From: Gekko japonicus
Taxonomy: Eukaryota
DNA: 64,000 nt
Assembly (NCBI RefSeq): GCF_001447785.1
Contig: NW_015163606.1
Coordinates: 1,452,857-1,516,856, forward strand
Reading direction: 5' to 3'
Translations under genes and position numbers: made by a program
In this document: positions 36,625 to 50,700 of the stretch, in pieces
How positions within the stretch are numbered: the first letter of the stretch is position 1
Layout of the letters: every line of letters starts with the position of its first letter
The notes under the pieces: model-generated
Told to the model about the DNA's origin: nothing
What the model saw: only the letters and a program-made list of their open reading frames with translations
Databases searched by the model: none

Positions 36625-36705
36625 TGTGTTTGCATGTACACAAAAGCTTATACCCAGAATAAACTTTGTTGATCTTAAAGGTGCCACTGAATTCAAACTT
36701 TGTTT
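36625..36705 (+). mobile_element. PLE 3' motif remnant
   Basis: cacaaaagcttatacccagaataaactttgttgatcttaaaggtgccactg, related to the 6.4, 7.0 and 15.5 kb motifs and to 725-780. Confidence 0.55.
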
Positions 36706-37205
36706 TATCATTATTAATGTTAGCCTAGCTAAACTTAAACTGTGACTTTTTATCAGGACTTAAAAATTGAGCATAAAAAGTAGATTATTGCCTTTGTATT
36801 CTACTTTTGGAAAGCTGAAATCTAACCTAATTAAAAGAACACAATAGTATTGCTGCCCAAGTTAGGGGCAGCATGTATTCAACATACTGTTTACTGGGGA
36901 AGTGAGTCCATGTTGCGGCTATTAAAATATTCTACAATTTAGAGAGAGGAAACCTTGAGTCATAACAAAAATGAAATGCATTAATCTTATATATTGTGTA
37001 ATTTCTCCTAAACACAAAACAGTATACGGTATTCATATTAAAATACACTTCTACTTGTGGGCTACCAAATTAAAAGTTCATATATTCTTAGAGCTGTGGA
37101 ACAAACTTTATCTTCACTGTAAGAATAATAATCTGCTCCCATTGTTACCATGCATTGGCTAATTCACTTAAAATTATCTTCCCAGTTAATTTATAGTAAT
37201 GTGGG

Positions 37206-37826
37206 TGTCATGATCTGTGTAGTACTGGGAGCAAGGCCTAGTGCAGCCTGGTCCCAGGAGAGACCAGTGTGGGAGTAGAAAGCAGACAGCCTACAATCCC
37301 CATAATGCATAGTGAGGGTTGTAGCCAATCAGTTTCCAGAGACTGTGTGAGGAGATTCTGACAAGCTGTTTTAACTGAAAAACTGTGTTCTTTTGCACTT
37401 ATATGGTCTTCCCTCTCACATTAAACTGAGGGGAATAGTCTAGTCTGCGAAAAACTGTGTTCTTTTGCACTTCTATGGTCTTCCCTCTCACAACATTAAA
37501 CTGAGGGGAATAGTCTAGTCTGAGGAGAAAGATCCCTCAGAGTGAGTGCAGGCAGGATGCCTGGTATAAGAGGGCTGTGGGCCTTGAAGTGAACTAGGTA
37601 GTTGCGTTAGATTAATTTATTTTGCCTTTAAACACTGTTATATATTTTAAAGCACCTTGTCTTGTTTCCCTTGCCCCAGTACTGTGTTAATAAGCCATTT
37701 GTTTAATTGTTCTCTGCTTTACGTCTATGTTCTCGGCTTTAAAAAGGGCATTTTGGATGGGCTTGGGAGGGACCTGAAATCCAGAGTGGTGGCAGCTGGA
37801 GGTGGCAACCCCCTGGGGTCATGGCA
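37206..37826 (+). mobile_element. Probable solo LTR (Gypsy-like) with an internal ~72-bp tandem duplication (37377-37522)
   Basis: Ends TGTCATGA...TCATGGCA; CCAAT and TATAAG motifs; TSD imperfect. Confidence 0.55.
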
Positions 37827-38401
37827 GGGCAGCACAGTGCATGCACATCTGTACATACAGGGACACAGCACTACATGCAGAAGTGGATTAGCATAGAGCT
37901 CAATGGAATCTTCTTCCCTCATTCCTTTAAGTAAACCTGTATGTGTGTCTGTGTGCATGCATGCCTATTGTTATTTGCAACAGGAGGTCAATACATACTT
38001 CCTATATCCAGCCATCACCTTTGACATTCAACACATATTTTCATCTAAGCACTGCATTTTTGAAATTATATACATCTCTTGCTGCTTATGTATCTCCTGA
38101 GTTCCCTGTAAAATTAAATGTAAGGCATTATGGGATCCAGCAGGGACAGTCTGATGATTCTAGATAAAAGAATGAGATGATAGGTGATCAGCTGAAGGGA
38201 AATACTGTAGAGATATTAAAGATGATACCAAAGGAAATCAGATACAATGACAGAGCTTTTGCAGTAGTCCAGACTCTCAAACATTTCAGTATCTTGTTTT
38301 CTACCCTTTGCTTTGTCTTTTCCAGATCCAGCTCTTTCTGGTCTTTAGTAGTCTTGCAGAATCCCATGAGCTGACACAGGAGATCGAAAGATTGCTCCAT
38401 C

Positions 38402-38742
38402 CAGGGGTCATTTTGTAGAAAAAGAGCTAGGGGAACTCATTAGCATAACTCATTAGCATATGCCACACCCCCTGACATCAGGGGCCCAGCGGTGGACCTG
38501 CAAGGCCGGCGGGAGTGTGAGGAAGCCCCGCCAAGGTCCTCCCTGGCCCCAGGCAGGCAGGGGTGGGGAGAGGCGGGGAGGAAGCAACTTACCCTCCCTC
38601 TTCTCCTGCCTCCTCCTGGCTGAATGAGGGCTGGAAGCGGGGCGGCCGGAAGCAGGGGGCGGGGCTTCGCCATGTGCCCCACCCCCCGCACCTCACCCGG
38701 GGAAACTGCGATCCCCCGCATTCCCCCCCGAAATGACCTCTG
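38402..38742. mobile_element. hAT MITE (same family as 532-939) with CpG-rich interior
   Basis: TIRs caggggtcattt / aaatgacctctg; perfect 8-bp TSD GCTCCATC (38394-38401, 38743-38750). Confidence 0.92.
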
Positions 38743-41700
38743 GCTCCATCTCATAGTAGTATTCTTTGGTGAAAGGAAGAAGATAAAAATAATTTGTGCA
38801 ATGGAAATGCTTGCCATATTCCTGTAGATCCAGTACACACTGTCATTACTAACTCCTGTCAAAGACAAGTTTATGTGAGGTGGCAAGGTCAGGGAATTAA
38901 GGCCTTCCTATAGATTGTCTTGGGAACTGACACTGGAGATGAAACAATGGAGATTATTTTAGTCTTCAATTTGAAAGAAAAAAGTAGGAGCCAAAATGTG
39001 TATTGTATCATTTGTTGGAGACAGCCGTATCTGGTTGAGTGAAGGAACAACAAAACTTTAACTTTATATATATTGACCTCATGACCTAGATCATCTGAAA
39101 AGTGTTTTGGTGCAAATTATTGATGAAAATGTTGCAAGGGGTTCAGTGGCTCAGCCCTCTCCAAAAAGCTTGGTGGAAATTGGCAGGTTTAATTGTTGTT
39201 TCCTCCGTTTCTGAATTTTTATTCATGGGAAGAACTAGGAGGTATTTGTTTCCTGTTATACCTGTCCCTCAGACACCAAAAGGTAGCCATAACTCATGTG
39301 CAAATAAGACACTGTCACAGCTTGTTCCTGTTTGGTTGGGTTGTTACAATCAGCTTTCCACTTACCATTTCTTTATGATATATATATGGTATAAATAAAT
39401 ATGCCTTGTTGCTGCCCAGTATGTTTGCACAGAGCAAGAGAATTTATACCATGTTTCATGTCTTATAGTGAACATGGTCTCTTATACAATATTTCCATGT
39501 AAAAAAAATTCTAAGATGTTATCAAAGCCCTGTCCTACGTCTGACTCACCAAGCTAAACTCAGTTCTCCAGCCATGTATTATAGTCTGCTTGGTGCTTGT
39601 TTAACAATCCTTCTTTTTTTTTTTTGCAATCTCCTGCAGGGAGTAAATACAGGAGGTTCATTGAGCCCCTGGTGGGTCACCATACATGGTTGTTGGGCTG
39701 CATTCAACTTGAATGTGCTGCAGCATTCATCTTTTTTTTTTTTTTGGCTGTTAAAAACTAATACAGCTCCTGGCCTGGAACAGGTAGTGGAGAGATGACA
39801 ACATGTATTTTTTCCCATTGTAATAGTCCCCCCCCCTTTTAAAGATTTATTTGAAAAGGTTTGGCTATATCTCTGTGAAATAGGATACAGTTGGTGGTAT
39901 ACAGTGGGCTGATTCACAGCAGTTGTAAAGTGAAGGAGAACGCAGAATGCAGTGCCATGGTCCTTGAAGCTCAGTGCAACTGCTACAGTAAAGCCATTAT
40001 CAACCTGTTCATTTATTTCCATATATTTATTCCTGACACATGGCATGGCACCCCCCCCCAAAAAAAAACAACCCCTCATTGGTTCTGTAAAGCTAAAGCC
40101 AAAGTGTTCGAGCCTTATTAATGGCATGGGGTTATAAATAGGATTTTATTTACTTCTTCTAATATGTATGTACGGTATACTGCTTGTTACACATCACTTG
40201 GGCAGACTCTGAAGAGGCTCATAGTAAAATAAATAATTAAATATAAAAGCATTACTGAAGTTCAAAAAATTAACCACAGCACAATACTGGGAATCCTTTT
40301 TTCCCCTCTCCCCAAGCAATGAAAGTGTCCTGAAACAATATTTTTAAAGGTTGGAGGAATTCAGCTGGATACATTTGACATGCCAACCATTTAGCAGACA
40401 AAGAGATGATGGGCAAATCCAGGAAAGGAATGGGTCTTCTGGAACGCATGAGAGCCAAAGCAAGTGCACACCTCATTCTGTATAAAGGCTAATTGTCTTA
40501 ATATCATACATATGCCAGCTGGTAATGGAAGTGTCATTGACATCTCATCTGATGGATAAATCCTAACAGTCATTAACATCTCAAATGAAGTTATATAAAA
40601 TGAAGTGTGAGAAAGGCTCCTTACCTGTGTATGGGCAATAGGTTTCCCGTAACATAATCCATCTGTTTCTCTGCTCAAGAGTTTTTGTAAACACAGAAGT
40701 CACATACTGCTACTAGATGTTGGTAATGATGAATCACTAAATTTCCATTTAGAGATATGTAGGTCCCCTGAGAATTTTCATGTATTTTATCCTTTTTGGC
40801 TTCCAACAAAATCCCATTAATGTTTCTCCTGAGCAGGAGCCTCCAAGATCTCCTTGAAATTTTACTTTGGGAAAATTTTGGTGGAAATGCTGTTCATGGC
40901 AATTTTTTCCATTTCACAGAATGTTTCTTATCTTGGACTACCAACAGGACCTGCCACTTTCCACAAGAGGTAAACGCCACAGCTTGACAAACACCCTGTA
41001 TTAATATTTTCTGTGGGTCCCATAAGGACAAGTAGTATTGAGGAATTTTTATTAGACTTACCAAAACTCTTTTTCTTCTCTTGGAATTCCTGTTTTTTCC
41101 CCCACAAGCCCTTCAAATTTGACTCAACATTTTGCTTCAGCTGACATTCTGTGATAACTAGAAGAAACACACTGTGCAGGTTGATCTGGTATTTTGCTCT
41201 GGGCAGGAAAAAGGTGATCTGAAAGGGAGGGGATTGAAGATAGTTCCCTTGTCATTGACAGATCACTGCTTCCTGGGGTTTAGACTTATGGGGTACTAAG
41301 ACTCTGCAGGGGTGGAGTAACGATTAAAATGATCCACCCTGGTAGTCTGATGGATCCAGTAGGTTTTCAGACAGCATTAGGGGGTTCTAAATGAACAGCA
41401 ACAGGATTGGATGGTCCCAGTGTGCTGATCTGTCAAGTTGTTTGAGATACCTTTCATCTTGTTGTTACCGCCAATGGCCTGCCTCATTGTCGGGGGAAAT
41501 TAGCTATGCAGCAGGGGGGACCAGAGGGGGACCAGGGACTGCACACCTGTTTATACCAAGGTCCGATACAGTAGGAAGACTCCAGATCTGAAGAGTAAAT
41601 TAAATAGTTTTATTGAATATTTTCCCTAATTATAAGCACACTAAGCATTCCAGAAAAGAACACACAATGCAGAGCTAAGAAAACAGAGGTAATGAAAGAG

Positions 41701-41813
41701 AATAGCATGGTCAGTTAGGGGGGTTATACTACCTATCCAGATGTCCAGAGCTCCATGGAGAAGAGACTATGGCCCAAAAAAAGTTTGAGGGTAAACAGTG
41801 CAGACCAATGGGA

Positions 41814-42042
41814 AGAAGAACAAGAGATTGGATTTATACCCCACCCTTCACTACCCAAAGGAGTCTCAGAGCGGCTTACAAACTCAGAGCTCTGATAGAA
41901 ACTGCTCTTTTTCAAGAACAGCTGTGCCAGAACTATGGCTTGCCCAAGGTCATCCAGCAGGTGCAAGTGGAGGAGTGGGGAATCAAACCCGGTTCTCCCA
42001 GATTACAGTCTGCGCACTTAACCACTACACCAAACTGGCTCT
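41814..42042 (-). mobile_element. tRNA-derived squamate SINE with L2-type tail (Squam3-like)
   Basis: Reverse complement agagccagtttggtgtagtggttaagtgcgc...gggtttgattcccc; matches 63833-64000. Confidence 0.85.
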
Positions 42043-42729
42043 TGGGGGGCTTGTCTCAGGTGGAGACAAAAGATTTCCTGGCCCAATAAGGGTCCCAGAA
42101 GGTGTGACACCAGGAGGAGCAAAACCTAGGAAGTCCCAGAGGGGCAGAATCTGGATTCACAGTAGCATTGATGAGATTAGCCAGGTGCTGGATGGCTCTA
42201 CTGGAGCTGGCTGAATGGGTTTGATTACCATTGATGGTCCTGCAAAGTTAGGTTGAATAGGTTTCCAGGTTTACACAAAAGGTAGGAAATGGGTCCTTGA
42301 TTAGGATCAGGAAGGATCATTTATAATTTGAATGTTTGATTGGTGTGGAGTCAAAGGAATTCTACATAGGTATAGGAATCACATAAAAGGGACTACTTGC
42401 AGGTTTGGAGACAGAAAGGGCTATTAGCCAGGTGGCCACTGAATAGCTTTAGAAATTCAGATGCTGTACCTGGTGGAACTTGGCATTGTTTTATATACAT
42501 ACCTTGCTGGGTGGAGGGGAAAGACTGGAGATTGCTTCGAGGGCTGCCTTGTACAACCTGAAATGGAAACCCTTTTGCAAAGCTATGGCTAGCTCTGTGG
42601 CCCAGGGTAAGAGTGCCTTCCTTGGTCTGAGTTTGTGGGTCTCTGGTTCAGGTCAGAAGCGGGGTGCCCTGCTATTGGGGCTACCTGCAAGTAAGGCAGT
42701 GCCTCTGGGCTACATTGTGCAGTATGAAG

Positions 42730-44045
42730 ATGTGGACATGATTCTTGGAAGCTTGACACCTACCACCTGCTTGTATGACCCTTGCCCTTCTTCCTGGCTT
42801 CTTAAATCTGCTGGGGGGGGGGGAGGGTGGACTGGGACTAGAAGACCAGTAAATGTCTCCTTGCCAGACAGGGTGGTCAGTCCTGCCCTGAAGTTGGCAG
42901 TGGTACATCCACTCCTAAAGAAACCTGCTGTGGACCCAGGAGAGTTGAATACTTACAATCCAGACTCAGATGTACCATTCTTGAGCAAGGTAGAATAAAT
43001 GGTGGCTGGCCAGCTTCAGAGATTCCTGAGTGAAACAGATGTTTGGATCCATTCCAATCTAGTTTCAGGCCTGGTTATGGGACTGAAACAGCCTTGGTCA
43101 CCTGGCAGATGACATGCACTGGGAGATGGACAGAGGGACTGCAACCCTGTTAATTGTCCTGGACCTCTAGGTGATTTTCATTACCAACAATCATTGTATC
43201 CTTCTAGATTGCCTTTCAGGATTGGTACTGGGAGGCACTGTTCTGTGGTTTTTCTGGTCTTACCTCAAAGGTTGTTTTCAGAGTGTGGAAGGTAAGCAGG
43301 GTCGGCCCTGTACAATATTTGGGTGGGAGACCACCAAGGAATACCAGGGTTGTGACACAGAGGCAGGCAATGGGAAACCACCTATGAATGTCTCTTGCCT
43401 TGAAAATGATTTAACAGCAAAAAAAAGTGCTCTGTTGTGCTGCCCTTGAAGACTGCCTAGAACCTACAGTTGGTACAGAATGCAGCAGCCAGAATGTTGA
43501 TGGGCGTAGGTCATAGGGACCATTTCACTCTAGTCTTGTTCCATCTACACTAGCTTCCAATTTGCTTCTGGGCTCAATTTAAGGCATTATTAGTATTGAT
43601 CTTTAAAGCCCTGTACGGCCTGGGACCACCATTCCTAAGGACTACCTTCTCCCATACGAACCTACCCACTCACTCTGGTCATCCTCTGAGGCCCTGCTTT
43701 CGTTACCCCTGCCATCTGAGGCTAGACAGTTGGTGACCCAAGAAAGGGCCTTCTCCACCCTGGCACCAAAATTTGGGAACGCCCTCCTCAGGGATATTCG
43801 TCTGTCCCCCCCCCCCCTCTCACCAATGTCTTTTGCCAGCGGATGAAAAGTTTTTTGTTTGTTTGGCACACACCCAGTAACAGCTATTGACCCTCCTCCC
43901 TGACTCTGGTGTTGTTTGTTTATGTGATTTTATTGAATTAGTTTATATTTTAAATGTTTTAAATTGTTCAAATGTTTTAATGTTTGCTGCCTTAAGAACC
44001 CTGATGGGGTGGAAAGGCAGCATAAAAATTAAATAAATGAATAAA
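42730..44045 (+). mobile_element. Degraded L2 LINE with a 5S-SINE insertion
   Basis: TTCLYDPCPSSWLL, AVVHPLLKKP..DP, PFLSKVE; GLVLGGTVLWF; L2 tail at 43985-44045. Confidence 0.85.
43290..43408 (+). mobile_element. 5S rRNA-derived SINE
   Basis: taagcagggtcggccctg..tttgggtgggagaccaccaaggaataccaggg (5S-like) followed by gaggcaggcaatgg.aaaccac body. Confidence 0.8.
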
Positions 44046-44244
44046 ATATATATAATGTGCAGCCCAGAAGTGTCTTGTGCAAGATGGCAAAAGTATAACA
44101 GATCGGGGTACATCAAAGAATGTGGTTTCTCTGAGATACTGTATATTCAACAGGAGTTGAGAACAGATAAACTAGAATTCAGGAATTGGAAACTGAAGTC
44201 TGATATAGCAATAGTGCAGTATTTCACCTTGTCTCAGGTTCTTT

Positions 44245-44601
44245 GGAGCTGCGGTGGCTCGAGTGGTTAAGACGCTGAACTGCAGGCTGTAAAAGGTCGG
44301 TAGTTCAGCAGTTCGAGACCCGAGTGTGCCGCATGATGGAGTGAGCTCCCGTCTCTAGTTCCAGCTCCTGCCAACCAAGCAATTCGAAAGCAAGAAATTG
44401 CAAGTAGATAAATAGGTACCACTTCGGTGGGAAGGTAACAGCGTTTCGTGTGCCTTGGTGTTTAGTCATGCCGGCCACATGACCACGGAAACGTCTTCGG
44501 ACAGCGCTGGCTCTTCGGCTTTGAAACGGAGATCAGCACCGCAACCCTAGAGTCGGATTCGACTGGCTTTCGAGCAAGGGAACCTTTACCTTTACCTTTT
44601 A
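44245..44601 (+). mobile_element. Full-length Sauria SINE
   Basis: tRNA-like head; gcaagtagataaataggtacc core; (ACCTTT)n tail; 10-bp TSD CAGGTTCTTT (44235-44244, 44602-44611). Confidence 0.92.
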
Positions 44602-44922
44602 CAGGTTCTTTATTTTTCCAAACACATTAATTAATAGTACAAATATTTGATTGTGCTAGAGAAGAGTAAACTGTGTATAGCCCTTGTGGCTTCAAGATTT
44701 TCAGTATTGCCATCAAGGATGAATTCAGTGTAAAAACACCAATTTCACAACATTGAAATGAGGAATCGTTTCTTATCTTAGTGGAAATTCCTTAGTGGTC
44801 ATTAAACCAAACACTTCCCAAGAGAAGAAATGAAGCTGTTTCTCAAACTTGCATTGTATATCGTAACAGCTGCTAAAGTTAGCTAAGAATAATTGTCATT
44901 GCTTGGATACCCTAAAATAAGA

Positions 44923-44923
<1 letters not shown>

Positions 44924-44961
<38 letters not shown>

Positions 44962-45030
44962 ATCTCTCCTCCTCTCTCTCTCTCTCTCTCTCTCACTCAC
45001 TCACTCACTCTCACTCTCATATATATATAT
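44924..45030. repeat. (CT)n/(CACT)n/(AT)n compound microsatellite
   Basis: Read directly. Confidence 0.95.
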
Positions 45031-46589
45031 TTAGGCATATGTAATGTTTCTGCTTTGTTTATTGTGGCTTAGAATTAATTCTGTAAATGTTTTTAATTTG
45101 ATTTCCCAATTTTTGTTTTTTGGGGGGGTGCTCAGACAAGATTCTGGCAGGGGCTCTACATTCACCTCTCCAGCCACACATTGAATGGCCAGGCTGGCTG
45201 TGTGTGCTGACTTCTTTCCAAACTGGATGCCTTGTGAGAGTTGTGGGCAGTTGCTTCTGCTCCAGATCCTCACCACTGCTGTCCATTTGTTTGTTCCTTT
45301 TCCCTCCAGGCCCAACATGAAAGTAAGGAGGGTGAGCGAGGGAACTTGCTTTGAAAAAGACCATGTGCCACAGTTGTACTGGAACAGAAAGGGAGCTGGT
45401 TCTAGGCAGAAGCAGCAACACCTGTTGTATTGCTGCCAGATTAGTTGCAGAAGGTTCACAGGAGAGAAGTAGGATACCACGTCTTGCTAGACATACGTAG
45501 CTGCAATTTGTTACCAATCAGTCCATCTAAATCTTCTAACAATGTATTGTTGTCCCATTCAATAAGTTCTACTACATTTTTTTGGCAAATAAATTTCTGT
45601 TGAAGGATTTCTCACATAAATTAGTGGAATCATAATTTTAAAACGAAGTTTCTTGTTTGAAAATAGTGACATTCATGTTTTAACAAGACCTTGAGTATTC
45701 TCAACCTCATCAGGTATTTTGCCTTAATGTTTGATAAATATATCCTCCAAATTTATGTTGAACAATAAAATGTTTACTGTGCTTGAATGTTCAGCAACAT
45801 TTTAGGCAGTATAATAATTTTAAACTTTAAAAAATAAGATATAAAAACTGGATTTCAGTAATATTTAAAATTACTTTGAACAAAACAAAACAAAATCCAG
45901 CACTGAGCTTGAAAAAAGAAGAGGAAAGAAATGGAAGTAATGCCCCAGCCCTCAAGGCAAATTCCTTTTCACCCCATCTGTTGTCTCAAATGCCAAGCCC
46001 TAGAAATGCCACATGTTCCAAAGTAACAGACATTAACCATGTGTATATGTCTTACTCATCAATACAGATTTCTCACAAAAAAAGTAATTTTTGGCTTGCA
46101 TAAAATGCTGAAGTTGAAAATGCCAAACATTGAATAGGAAATGTGTTGTGTCCTAAACTGGTATACATCCTAATTTTGAGGCTGTTCGCTTTCCTAATTC
46201 TGACTTCTGCCTCTGGCTATTTTTGTTGCCCAATTCAACTTCATTTTCTCTGTGAATATGCAGCTATTTCACAGTATCCATCTACAGTTATTAATAATCT
46301 ATATCCTTTGGAAGATGACTGCATTATTTCACAAAGGTGGTTGCTCTCTGCACATGTGTAAAGGCTGCTCACTCGCTTGTTATCTCATGTCACTTGGGGT
46401 TTATGCTAACAGAAGCAAGTTGGTTCTGCAGTCTTAACACAACTTCTTGAAGCTATTGCAGTCACAAAGATCATTTCACTGTGTCCATGCAGCTGTTCAT
46501 CTTGCCTGGGTCTGCTTCCTCAGAAAGGAGGTAGTGGAGCTGTTTCAGTTCCTGCTCACATGATTGTAAAATGGCCAGTTTTTGGAGCT

Positions 46590-46740
46590 CATGTGAGATA
46601 CCTAGTTTCAAGTACCACTTTGGCTATAATCTTAGGCAAGTCACTGTCACAGAGCTTCAGTTTCCTGTCTGTGAAATGGAAAGAATGCTGTTAATAGAGT
46701 AATAAAATAAAGACTTAAAGCATTTGAATATGAAGTTTTC
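46590..46740 (+). mobile_element. Ancient MIR/CORE-like SINE
   Basis: cttaggcaagtcact...cttcagtttcctgtctgtgaaatgg CORE motif. Confidence 0.6.
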
Positions 46741-47547
46741 TGTGTGAAAATTAACAGCAAGCACTATGGAACTAGAATGAACCTGCATCTTTTGTAACTG
46801 AGGGGTGAAATGCCATATGGCACTCTTTTACATTTAACTGCTGTGTCTCCATTAAATATGTTCAAGGTGACTAACAACATTAAAAACTAAAATAAAAAAA
46901 CTAAAACTACAACCAGTAAAAACAATGATAAAAGTATCAGAATATTTAAGAGTGGCTTAAAAGGAGGAATATAATAATAGGATTTTATTTTTAAGTTTAA
47001 AAGGTATACAATCTTACAAAAGCAATGAAGGCTACAAGATTGTGCAAACCATATTAAAGAGCCCAAATTACAGAAGCAGTAAAAAGGAGCGAAAAAACCC
47101 ACATAAGTTGATCACATGCCTGGGCTAAGAAAGAAGTGTCCAGCTGGTGTTTGAAAGCTAGACACCAGGTGAATCACTGTGGAGGAGGACATTCTACAAC
47201 TGGAGTGCCACTGCAATGAGAATACTGGCTCAAGTTGTGCTGACCACCTTTCTTGCAAACGGAGCAGAACCTCTTTTATAGGCATAAGGGAAGAAGCTGT
47301 AGAGATCTGTGGAAAGGGAAAGGGACTCAAGACTTCTAGGCTTTTGGATTCAGGAAACCACTTTACCAGCTATTCTGAACACACAATAACACAGCTGTTG
47401 TAAGAACTATTTCTATTGCTTCAGAGAACTACTGTCTTCTTTGGTTTGACCCCCCCCACACACACACACGCAAATACACCGTTGGCCTTAACTGTCATCC
47501 AGGCTTTGGCTTGCACTGATGATATCCAGGGTTAATGCTAACTAGGT

Positions 47548-47775
47548 AAAGGTAAAGGTTCCCTTGCTCGAAAGCCAGTCAAATCCGACTCTAGGGTTGC
47601 GGTGCTGATCTCCGTTTCAAAGCCAAAGAGCCAGCGCTGTCCGAAGACATTTCCGTGGTCATGTGGCCGGCATGACTAAACACCAAGGCACACGGAACGC
47701 TGTTACCTTCCCACTGAAGTGGTACCTATTTATCTACTTGCAATTTCTTGCTTTCGAACTGCTAGGTTGGCAGGA
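47548..47775 (-). mobile_element. 5'-truncated Sauria SINE
   Basis: Near-identical reverse complement of 44366-44598; 14-bp TSD AATGCTAACTAGGT (47534-47547, 47776-47789). Confidence 0.92.
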
Positions 47776-50700
47776 AATGCTAACTAGGTGGGGGGGAATT
47801 GCTACTAAATCCTCAGCTTCCATTGTTGATCCGCTCCCTGAAAGAGTCGACCTTGAGCTTCACTTCCGGGTCCACCTTGAGGAGGGAAGCCATGGTGGGG
47901 GGTGCAGGGTCCATGGCTGGCTCTGTCACTCTCCATCCCTCACATGCAACCACCCAAGCGAGCCCACTGACTAGGGTTCCATCATAATCAAGGTTCAAAA
48001 CCAGATTTTGAACCTAGTTGCTAAACCATGTTTGACCATGTTTGACCACCAGTTAGCTTATCCCTTAACTAGCCTGTCCTTTAACCATGGCTAAGGCCAG
48101 TGGGGACTCTGTGTGTGTGTGTGTGTGTGAATTACAAATGAGAGGGGCAGAACTAAGGAAAAGCTGTCAACCCTCACAAGGGGATATTATTGTTTCTTAT
48201 GGTAGCATTGGCTTCCATTGAGGCTCTGTACCTCATTTTGGTGCTTGTTTTGCCACACAGCCATTGTTTCAATCTGTCCCTCATTTAGGTGAGGAACATC
48301 TCAACTTTGCTTATTTTTACAAGACAGCCTTGTAGAGCTTTTCTCATTTAATTTACTTAAAAAGAGAGAGCTGTAGGACGTAAGTAAGGGCAGAATAGAG
48401 CCCTTAATCTTAATTATGCATTCTGCAGTATTATAAATGACTAAAGATTACTTCCAATGTTGGTATAATCTTATAGTGTGCAGATGTGGCTCTCTTTGGT
48501 ACATGCCATCTTNNNNNNNNNNNNNNNNNNNNNNNNNNNNNNNNNNNNNNNNNNNNNNNNNNNNNNNNNNNNNNNNNNNNNNNNNNNNNNNNNNNNNNNN
48601 NNNNNNNNNNNNNNNNNNNNNNNNNNNNNNNNNNNNNNNNNNNNNNNNNNNNNNNNNNNNNNNNNNNNGTATCAAGAAGTACAATAATTTAGCTACAGCT
48701 GGAGAAAGGCCTATTTAAAGTTTCGATGACAGATCCTTTAAACTTTTTTCTTTACTTTCCTGCTTTATATCTATTCCTGTGTCATGTGGGGTTCTCTTTT
48801 ATATTGTATATAATTTCACCAGAAGGTCTAAAGAGTGTGTGTGTGTGTGTGTTAAGAAATTGAAATTTGGTCTTCATACTGACACACAGAGTTTACAAAA
48901 TGATTTGGGGGGTTCCAGTCTCCACACTTGATGGCATTATCTAAACACCTGACAGTAAGGACTAAGCCTTTGCATTTTTAGCATTGCTAATTATAAACGG
49001 CTCAAATCCACATTCAGTGCTTATACCACCGTCTTCTACACATGAAGTGAGCTGTGATTATCCTGTTTTTGTACATGAAGTTGTTTGAGCATATTGGATA
49101 GTGCCCCCATCTGTCTCTGAAAACACAAGACAATGTGTCACATAACATGCCGTCTGCTCTGCTTACCCTTCTTCAAAATAGCTCAAGATTCTCCCTCTAA
49201 ATGTTATTTCTTTTGTCTCTTACAAAGTAAATGGAAGCGTGTGTTTTCAGAGTTCCCTCTTTATTAAAATACACATTATTTTATTTATTTTTTGTAAAAG
49301 CTCTGATGTGAAAACCCGACGTCAGGAGCTATTTGGAGCATCAGAACTGAAAACACAGCACTGCAGAGGTGCCACATTAAACAGACACAAAGAGTATAGT
49401 GCTGAAAAGAATCTGTGAAGCAGTCACTTCATAAAGAGAAGCTAGCTACATGTGGGCATGTGAACATTATTACATTGTGTGAGTGTGTGTGGGGGGGTGC
49501 TATTACACCTTGTATCCTTGAGCTACTATTGGATCTGGAATTCAAAGCTTTTGCCTACTTGTCTTTCTGAGCCCATGTCAGATTGTCATTCTGAAGCTTT
49601 CTGTAGAATAGTGCTGTCTCAAATAGACTATTTTTATTAATTCCTTAGTGTTTATATTGCCAAGTTATGAGTTTATATAGATTTGTGTGTGCATGCATGT
49701 GTACATGCCTGTGTGTATAATATAATCAGACATATCTTACTGTACAAGTATATTCAGATCTGTGGTGAGAAAGAAATAGTAATAAAATAGCCACACTAAG
49801 ATCTCCATAATATTATAATTTGCTGTTTAATTTCTGTAAAATAGCTTTACTGCAAAATATAGCCATTTCAGGCTATTAAATCTCTTTGAATCTAAATATA
49901 CAATTTTGCCTTTCCTTAAGGTACTATCAATGGACCAAATTTTCCTATCAATAATGTGAAAGCAAATATGTCATATTGCCCCCTTTTTAATAAATGTAAG
50001 GTAGTATATTTTTATTTTGAAATATTTATAGTGTAAATTAACCAAATGGTATTTCTATCCTTTCCTAATAAATCTCCTTTTTCATGAGTGTTAGAGGTTA
50101 ATGGAGAGATTTTAAATTGCATTACATTTTTTGTAATAAATGGATGTATAAGACCTTTATTAAGTCATTTTTGCCTGTATTAATTTTCTCCCTGCATAAT
50201 AATTTAAAAAACAAAAAGAAACCCACCCTGAACAGAAACTTTAAGTGATGGATCTTGTAAATTTGTGGCAATGCTCAATATCTGTCAGTTATTGTTGCTG
50301 AAAAATAAATTGCTTATAAAAACTAGATTAAAGATGTAATTCTAAATCCAAGATTGAGAGTGTGGTTTATTTCTTTTGATGTATAAAATGTCTCCCAAGA
50401 AATTCAATAATGGTATTAAATATAGAATTAATTTTCAGTGTATTAACAGACTGTAAATATGATCAGTTATTGATTAGTTCATTTTGTTTTGGGCATGATT
50501 GCAAATCTGGAAATATAGTACCAACACACATTATTAAACTTATCAAATATTACTTGAAATAAACTTGCTTAAGTAAAGAAAATCATATCTCTGATTAAGG
50601 AAAAAACAGTAGGAATAATACACTTAAATATTCTCATATGTGAATGCCCTTTTTGTGTATGGGGGTCGTTGTCTATAGAAAAATATTTAGAAACAACAAG

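Noticed and set aside
41460-42490. LTR-like sequence around the SINE
   Set aside because: Only a reverse AATAAA and general texture; ends and TSD could not be defined
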